Shown: one piece after another, positions 24,858 through 30,132 of the stretch
Numbering within the stretch: position 1 is the first letter of the stretch
How the letters are laid out: every line of letters starts with the position of its first letter
Origin: Halanaerobiales bacterium
GTDB taxonomy: Bacteria; Bacillota; Halanaerobiia; Halanaerobiales; M55B127
Reading direction: 5' to 3'
Assembly: GCA_021736965.1 (NCBI GenBank)
Contig: JAIPEV010000001.1
Location: 1 to 30,132 of the forward strand
DNA length: 30,132 bases
Made by a program: the position numbers and the translations under genes
Notes under the pieces: model-generated
The model's database searches: none
Told to the model about the DNA's origin: nothing
Seen by the model: the letters and a program-made list of their open reading frames with translations, nothing else

Positions 24858-27228
24858 ATGTCAAAAATGTTCTCTAGGTAATAAAGAAAAAAGATTTGAC
24901 TATTATTATAATGAAAACTCTAAATATTTAATACTATCAGATTTTCCTGAAACTATTGAGATAAGATCGGGTATTCCAAAGATTTTACAAGGACAATCTT
25001 CTTATCTTTTTAAAAAAATGATAAAAAAGGCAAACTTACAAATAAAAGACTTTAGCTATGCAACATTAACTCAATGCTATCCCACTACAAAAAATATAAC
25101 AGATACAAATACTAAAGAATCTATTAATACTTGCGTACAAGCAAACTTATATAGATTTATTAAAAAAGTAAATCCTGAAATTATCTTTATTACTAAAGAT
25201 GTTTGTGCTACATACTTTTTTAATCTTAGTTCTCTTAATTCGCTAGGAAACAGCCTGAAGTACTGGGAGGGCTTTAAAGTATTAGCTTTAGAGTTACCCT
25301 CTACTACTAGAAGAAAGAAATATTCTCGTATTAATAGCGTTGCTAATTTAAAATATGCTAAATCTTTAATAGAAGAAGATAATTCATTAAATCATTTAGA
25401 TTTAAATACTGTATCTAATACTAAAGAATTTTATAAATCTTTAGAAAAAATAAAAAATGGAAATGCTTTTAATAGGTATGGGGTAGATGTCGAAACCACA
25501 GGCTTAAATCCTTATAAAGGCGATAAAATATTTGGAATTAGTTTTGCTTTCTCAGATACAGAAGCTTATTATTTTCCTATTAGACGCCACTCTATTTTAG
25601 GCAATGGATATGAATTGTACTGGCCAAAAAAAGAAATGGAAAAGCTTAGAAAATTTGTAGAAGATAGAAATAATAAATTTTCATTTCATTTTTCTAATTT
25701 TGATGTTGAATTTATCCATATTGATTTAGGTTGGGATATAAAAGTTACAAATGATAGCTTAAATTTAGCGTATACTCTTAATGAAAATAGAAAAAAATCA
25801 TTGGAATACCTTACTAATAGATTTTTCTCTGATTTAGTTGGATTTAAAGAAAAATCTAAAAAAGAAATTAAACAAACAAAAGATTTTGATAAAATTCCAT
25901 TAAATATTTTAGCAGAAAGATGTAATATTGACAGTATTGCTTGTTTTAGATTAACTAATAAATTTGTACGAGAGTTATTTAATAATAATCAAGAATTGCT
26001 TAAATACTATAATAAGTTTAGAAAGCCTTTATTAAATATTCTTATTAATCTTCAAGAAAATGGATTTAAAATTGATTTAAATAGGCTAGAAGAGCTTGAT
26101 AAAAAATATTCTAGTAAGTTAAATAGATTAAAAACTAAAATGTGGAAAGCTGCTAACTGTAGATTTAATCCTAAATCTAATCCAGAATTAAGAGATGTTC
26201 TATACAATAAGATTAATTTAACTCCTCCAAAAGGTTTTATAACCGAAAAAACAAAAAAACCTCAATTAAATAAAGCAGCTTTTAAAGAGCTCAAAAAAGA
26301 ATATGGATTGCTTTTAATAGATTATATTTTAGATTACAAAGAATTGCATAAATTAAAATCAACTTATATAGATGGATTTAGAAAAGTTGTAGTGAACACT
26401 AGGATTCATAGTAAATTTAAATCTGCCGTTGCTAAAACAGGAAGGCTAGCTTCTAGTAATCCTAATGCTCAAAATATAGCAGGAAACAAAGACATTAAGG
26501 GCTTAATAATAGCAGAGGAAGGGTATAATATTATCGAAATGGATTATAAGCAAGCAGAGGCCAGATTATTCGCTTACTTATCTGGTAGTGACAAATTGGC
26601 AGAAGCTTGTTATTCTTCTGATGTGTACCAAAAAATAGCTGCTTTAAGTACTGGAGTAGATTTTGAAGAAGTAACACAAGAAGTCCGAGATCATTATAAA
26701 ATGGTTGTTTTAGCTTTACTATATGGTATGGGAGATGCCTCATTAGCAAAGATTATTAATAAAACAAAAAGACAGGCAGAATCTTTAAGAAATCAATTTT
26801 TTGATATGTTTCCTGCTGTTGTAAATTGGAAACAAAAAATATATAAAGAGCTAAAAGAGAATGGATATGTTACTAGCATATACGGCAGAAGAAGAAGAAT
26901 ACCTACTATATACAGCAATAAAGAAGAAGATAGAGCTGAAGCTAAACGCCAAGCTGTTAATTTTAAAGTTCAATCTCCTACTTTTGACTATGTTGGAGTA
27001 GGATTACAAAGAACTTATAAAAACATTCAACCTTTTGATGCAAAGATTATACTTACTGTCCATGATAGTATTTTAGTTGAAGTCAAAAAAGAACAAACAG
27101 AAGATATACTTCCAATAATGAAAAAATCAATGATAGACCCTGTACCTCCAATTGACAAAGATGCTCATATGGGAGTAGATGCTGAAGTGGGGAAAAGGTG
27201 GGGATTTTTTGAAACAGTAGAAATATAA
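24850..27228 (+). CDS. polA: family A DNA polymerase with N-terminal family-4 UDG-like domain and 3'-5' exonuclease
   Basis: Exo I DVETTG, Exo II NFD, TGRLASSNPNAQNI, motif A DYKQAEAR, motif B R..YK...L...YG, motif C VHDS; N-terminal C4/C7/C76/C95. Confidence 0.96.
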   Translation: MDKCQKCSLGNKEKRFDYYYNENSKYLILSDFPETIEIRSGIPKILQGQSSYLFKKMIKKANLQIKDFSYATLTQCYPTTKNITDTNTKESINTCVQANLYRFIKKVNPEIIFITKDVCATYFFNLSSLNSLGNSLKYWEGFKVLALELPSTTRRKKYSRINSVANLKYAKSLIEEDNSLNHLDLNTVSNTKEFYKSLEKIKNGNAFNRYGVDVETTGLNPYKGDKIFGISFAFSDTEAYYFPIRRHSILGNGYELYWPKKEMEKLRKFVEDRNNKFSFHFSNFDVEFIHIDLGWDIKVTNDSLNLAYTLNENRKKSLEYLTNRFFSDLVGFKEKSKKEIKQTKDFDKIPLNILAERCNIDSIACFRLTNKFVRELFNNNQELLKYYNKFRKPLLNILINLQENGFKIDLNRLEELDKKYSSKLNRLKTKMWKAANCRFNPKSNPELRDVLYNKINLTPPKGFITEKTKKPQLNKAAFKELKKEYGLLLIDYILDYKELHKLKSTYIDGFRKVVVNTRIHSKFKSAVAKTGRLASSNPNAQNIAGNKDIKGLIIAEEGYNIIEMDYKQAEARLFAYLSGSDKLAEACYSSDVYQKIAALSTGVDFEEVTQEVRDHYKMVVLALLYGMGDASLAKIINKTKRQAESLRNQFFDMFPAVVNWKQKIYKELKENGYVTSIYGRRRRIPTIYSNKEEDRAEAKRQAVNFKVQSPTFDYVGVGLQRTYKNIQPFDAKIILTVHDSILVEVKKEQTEDILPIMKKSMIDPVPPIDKDAHMGVDAEVGKRWGFFETVEI

Positions 27229-27237
27229 AAAAATAGC

Positions 27238-27266
27238 TTGACTTTTTCATTTAGTTGTTTTAACTT
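27238..27266 (+). promoter_or_regulatory. promoter P10
   Basis: AGC-TTGACT-TTTTCATTTA, 17-nt spacer, TAACTT 27261-27266. Confidence 0.8.
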
Positions 27267-27299
27267 ATTAATGCTATTTAAAATTAAAAGAAGAATAAA

Positions 27300-27542
27300 A
27301 TGAGATTATTTGACACGATTAACTTCAAGTGTGATAATTGTGGACAACCCTTAGAAATACAGACTAAAGCTGGTGTTTATTCTTTAAATACTTATTCTAT
27401 TCCTCAACTAGCTTCAAAGCCAATTAAATATAAGTTATCCATGTTAGATGATATATGTGGGGAAAAAGTACACTGTTCCGCATGTGGTTATACTAATCAA
27501 ATTAATATAATATCTTCACCGTCAATAAAAATTAATAGTTAG
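27300..27542 (+). CDS. small zinc-ribbon protein
   Basis: CDNCG...CSACG. Confidence 0.75.
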   Translation: MRLFDTINFKCDNCGQPLEIQTKAGVYSLNTYSIPQLASKPIKYKLSMLDDICGEKVHCSACGYTNQINIISSPSIKINS

Positions 27543-27552
27543 AAGGAGTAAT

Positions 27553-28746
27553 ATGAAAAATGTAATTTATAACAGAGAAAATCAAAATGTACCAATTAAA
27601 ACATGGACAAATGATATTGAACAGGGTGCTTTAGAACAGGCTTTAAATATGTCTAGATTACCCTTTGTATTTAAACATATAGCATTAATGCCAGATGTTC
27701 ATAGAGGATATGGAGTTCCTATTGGTGGAGTGATGGCTACAAAAGATGTCATAATTCCTAATGCGGTAGGTGTAGATATTGGTTGTGGAATGATTGCACA
27801 ACAAACTAATTTAAAAGAAATTACAGAAGATACATTAAAGAAAATACTCGGTTTAATTAGACAGAATATACCAACAGGATTCAGTCGCCATAAAGAAACA
27901 CAAGATGAAAGCCATATGCCTAAAGTATTGGAGGATAAACATCTTCCAGTAATAGAAAAGGAATATGAAAGTGCTTTATATCAAATAGGTACATTGGGGG
28001 GCGGAAATCATTTTATTGAATTTCAGAAAGATGAAAATGACAATATATGGATAATGATACATTCTGGTAGTAGAAATTTAGGATACAAAGTTGCTAAATA
28101 CTATAATGAGAAAGCAATTGAATTAAATGAAATGTGGTATTCACAAGTACCAAAAAAATATGAATTAGCATTTTTACCACCAGATACAGATGAATATAGA
28201 GATTATATTAACGAAATGAAATATGCTTTAAAATTTGCATTATGTAATAGAAGATTAATGTTATTTAGAGTTATGGATATTATGAAAAATTGTGTTAGAA
28301 AATATGATAATAATAATTTTTCGTTTGTAAATGATTATATTAATATTCACCATAACTATGCTTCAATTGAAAATCATTTTGGAAAGAATGTATGGATACA
28401 TAGAAAAGGAGCCACATTAGCCAGAGAAGGTACTATTGGTATTATTCCTGGAAGTCAAGGCACCAGTTCTTATATAGTTGAGGGGAAAAGCAATAAACAA
28501 AGTTTTACCTCTTGTAGTCATGGTGCTGGTAGATTAATGAGTAGGACTAAAGCAAAAAATGATTTAGATTTATACGTAGAAAAAGGTAAATTAGAAGACA
28601 AAGGAATTCTTCATTCTATTAGAGGAAAAAAGGATTTAGATGAAGCTAGTGGTGCTTATAAAAATATAGATATTGTAATGGAAAACCAAAAGGATTTAGT
28701 TGATATCATTCATAAATTAGAACCAATAGCAGTAATAAAGGGGTAG
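27553..28746 (+). CDS. rtcB: RtcB-family RNA ligase (3'-phosphate/2',3'-cyclic phosphate to 5'-OH)
   Basis: MPDVH.G.G.PIG, VGVDIGCG, GTLGGGNHF.E, HSGSR, HHN, HRKGAT, IPGS.G, SCSHGAGR, DE...AYK. Confidence 0.97.
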   Translation: MKNVIYNRENQNVPIKTWTNDIEQGALEQALNMSRLPFVFKHIALMPDVHRGYGVPIGGVMATKDVIIPNAVGVDIGCGMIAQQTNLKEITEDTLKKILGLIRQNIPTGFSRHKETQDESHMPKVLEDKHLPVIEKEYESALYQIGTLGGGNHFIEFQKDENDNIWIMIHSGSRNLGYKVAKYYNEKAIELNEMWYSQVPKKYELAFLPPDTDEYRDYINEMKYALKFALCNRRLMLFRVMDIMKNCVRKYDNNNFSFVNDYINIHHNYASIENHFGKNVWIHRKGATLAREGTIGIIPGSQGTSSYIVEGKSNKQSFTSCSHGAGRLMSRTKAKNDLDLYVEKGKLEDKGILHSIRGKKDLDEASGAYKNIDIVMENQKDLVDIIHKLEPIAVIKG

Positions 28747-28764
28747 AATAAAAAGGAGTAAATA

Positions 28765-29052
28765 ATGAATAATCAAGAATACGTAGATATAGAATTTGAA
28801 ACAGGAATGGTAGGTATTAGTGGTTCTGATAAAATATCTAAATTGTTAGATATAGAAGTAGTAACTTATGATTATCTTATAGATGAGTATATTCCAAATC
28901 AGGGTAAAAAAGATATGAATATGTTTATATCTTTAGGATTTAGCCCATATAATTATATACTCTGGAAATTATATAATGAAGGTCATATGAAAGAAAAATT
29001 GATAAAGCCATTCAAAGAAAAAATTAAAGAAGAATTTAACATAGAAATATAA
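28765..29052 (+). CDS. hypothetical protein
   Basis: AAAGGAG RBS, 95 aa. Confidence 0.8.
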   Translation: MNNQEYVDIEFETGMVGISGSDKISKLLDIEVVTYDYLIDEYIPNQGKKDMNMFISLGFSPYNYILWKLYNEGHMKEKLIKPFKEKIKEEFNIEI

Positions 29053-29064
29053 GGAGAAAATGTT

Positions 29065-29193
29065 ATGAAAACAAAATCTATTTATTTTGTAGGCCAACAG
29101 TATGAATTTGACTGTTATAAAAAAAGATGGTTAAGAGAAGATAAATATTTAGAACAACAAAAATTACATAATCTATTTAAGGAGGCAAATTAA
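29065..29193 (+). CDS. 42-aa hypothetical protein (not in ORF track)
   Basis: AAGGAG RBS at 29051-29056; MKTKSIYF...FKEAN; TAATG coupling to 29193. Confidence 0.6.
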   Translation: MKTKSIYFVGQQYEFDCYKKRWLREDKYLEQQKLHNLFKEAN

Positions 29194-29396
29194 TGAGAAA
29201 ACAATTTTTTGATAAAGGTGATAGAGTTTGGGATGTTTTTAAAGGGAGGACAGGAACAATTACTCAAGTTATAGAAGAAGATTACATGAATGAACCTTAT
29301 TATGAAATTGACTATGATGTTTGGAATAAAAGAAGTTCGTTGGATAGTAAAGTACCTCAACATCTTCTTAGATTTTTGGAGGATAATGATGAGTAA
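29193..29396 (+). CDS. small KOW/SH3-like protein
   Basis: AAGGAGG RBS; FDKGDRVW....GRTGTI...YEI.YD. Confidence 0.75.
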   Translation: MRKQFFDKGDRVWDVFKGRTGTITQVIEEDYMNEPYYEIDYDVWNKRSSLDSKVPQHLLRFLEDNDE

Positions 29397-29547
29397 ACTT
29401 GAACATACCATTGATAAAATATTTTATTTTATATTATATCGAGTTATTTGTCCTCGTAAAAACTGGAAAATAAGTCAAATATTTAAAATAACTATAAGGT
29501 ATACTAGAGTTAAACGAATTATAAAAAATGGAGAATATTATGTTTAA
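29386..29547 (+). CDS. small basic hypothetical protein
   Basis: GGAGG RBS before ATG 29386/29389 (track start 29290 is probably too long). Confidence 0.55.
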   Translation: MMSKLEHTIDKIFYFILYRVICPRKNWKISQIFKITIRYTRVKRIIKNGEYYV

Positions 29548-30132
29548 AACATTTAAAAAATTAATTAAAAGATACGAAAATATTACCAGAGAAGAAATTG
29601 CTAGAAAAGTAGATAATTATTCTGATGAAAAAGGCAATTTAGAATGGTATATACTAAAAAGAGATTTAACTGGATTTGGTGATGCTGCAGACTGTATATT
29701 ATGTAAAGAGGTAAAAAAACAATGTGGACATTGTGCATGGATGAAATTAACCGAATCTAAATGTTTTGAAAAAGAAAATGGAAAAACATTTAACCAAATT
29801 GATGATGCTGAGACTATAGAAAGCCTTTATCAAGCTTATAAAGATAGAGCAAAATATATGAGAAAGGTGTTAGAGAAATATGCGAATAATCAATTACCAA
29901 AAATAGGTAAATGTCCCTCTTGCGGTTCTAAATTAGTAATATTAGAAGAATATATTAGTGCAAACTATTCAACCATTAACGAGGAAAGAAACTGGGAATA
30001 TCAAGTTCACTGTCAAAAATGCAAAGCACGTGGGCCAGTTAAAGAAGGAAAAGAAAATGCAATTAACGCATGGAATGCTCTTCTTAGAAAAGGTATCGGC
30101 CAAGATGGAACAGGTAATACTGCTTTAGTGGG
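29540..30132 (+). CDS. partial gene (runs off window): Cys-rich N-terminal domain fused to a Lar-like restriction-alleviation zinc ribbon
   Basis: Translated by hand from ATG 29540 with no stop to the window end; contains KCPSCGS...QVHCQKCKARGP......AINAWN. Confidence 0.7.
   Translation, partial: MFKTFKKLIKRYENITREEIARKVDNYSDEKGNLEWYILKRDLTGFGDAADCILCKEVKKQCGHCAWMKLTESKCFEKENGKTFNQIDDAETIESLYQAYKDRAKYMRKVLEKYANNQLPKIGKCPSCGSKLVILEEYISANYSTINEERNWEYQVHCQKCKARGPVKEGKENAINAWNALLRKGIGQDGTGNTALV

Noticed and set aside
17401-28746. Inteins or group I introns in dnaB, dnaX, polA or rtcB
   Set aside because: Lengths and motif spacing are normal; no homing endonuclease or splice motifs are present.
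1-30132. Stop-codon reassignment, CRISPR array, integrase/att site or IS element
   Set aside because: Genes tile cleanly in the standard code. The repeats are promoter/RBS modules separated by genes rather than spacers. No recombinase or transposase motifs are present.

Overview
This is a very AT-rich (roughly one quarter G+C by eye), gene-dense segment of a large dsDNA phage or phage-like element. Every credible gene is on the + strand and uses the standard code. Bases 1-10.9 kb look like an early/host-takeover region: about 25 small unknown genes and a tRNA-Tyr(GUA), with repeated sigma70-type promoters (TTGACA/TTGACT-17 nt-TAnnTT) and a repeated 16-nt RBS leader. Bases 10.9-27.2 kb are a replication module: DnaG primase, a candidate HTH initiator, a degenerate DnaC-like loader, DnaB helicase, an SF2 (UvsW/XPB-like) helicase, a DnaX clamp loader, a DnaN beta clamp and a family A polymerase with an N-terminal UDG-like Fe-S domain. 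Bases 27.3-30.1 kb carry an RtcB RNA ligase, small ORFs and a truncated gene with a Lar-like zinc ribbon. The most striking features are: (1) a bacterial-style clamp and clamp loader paired with PolA rather than DnaE, with no delta/delta-prime visible; (2) repeated promoter/leader modules that delimit the early genes like cassettes, one of which ends exactly at nucleotide 1 of the tRNA; (3) several apparently catalytically dead enzyme homologs. No integrase, capsid, tail, CRISPR or IS was seen. All family calls come from motif recognition by eye, not from database searches.
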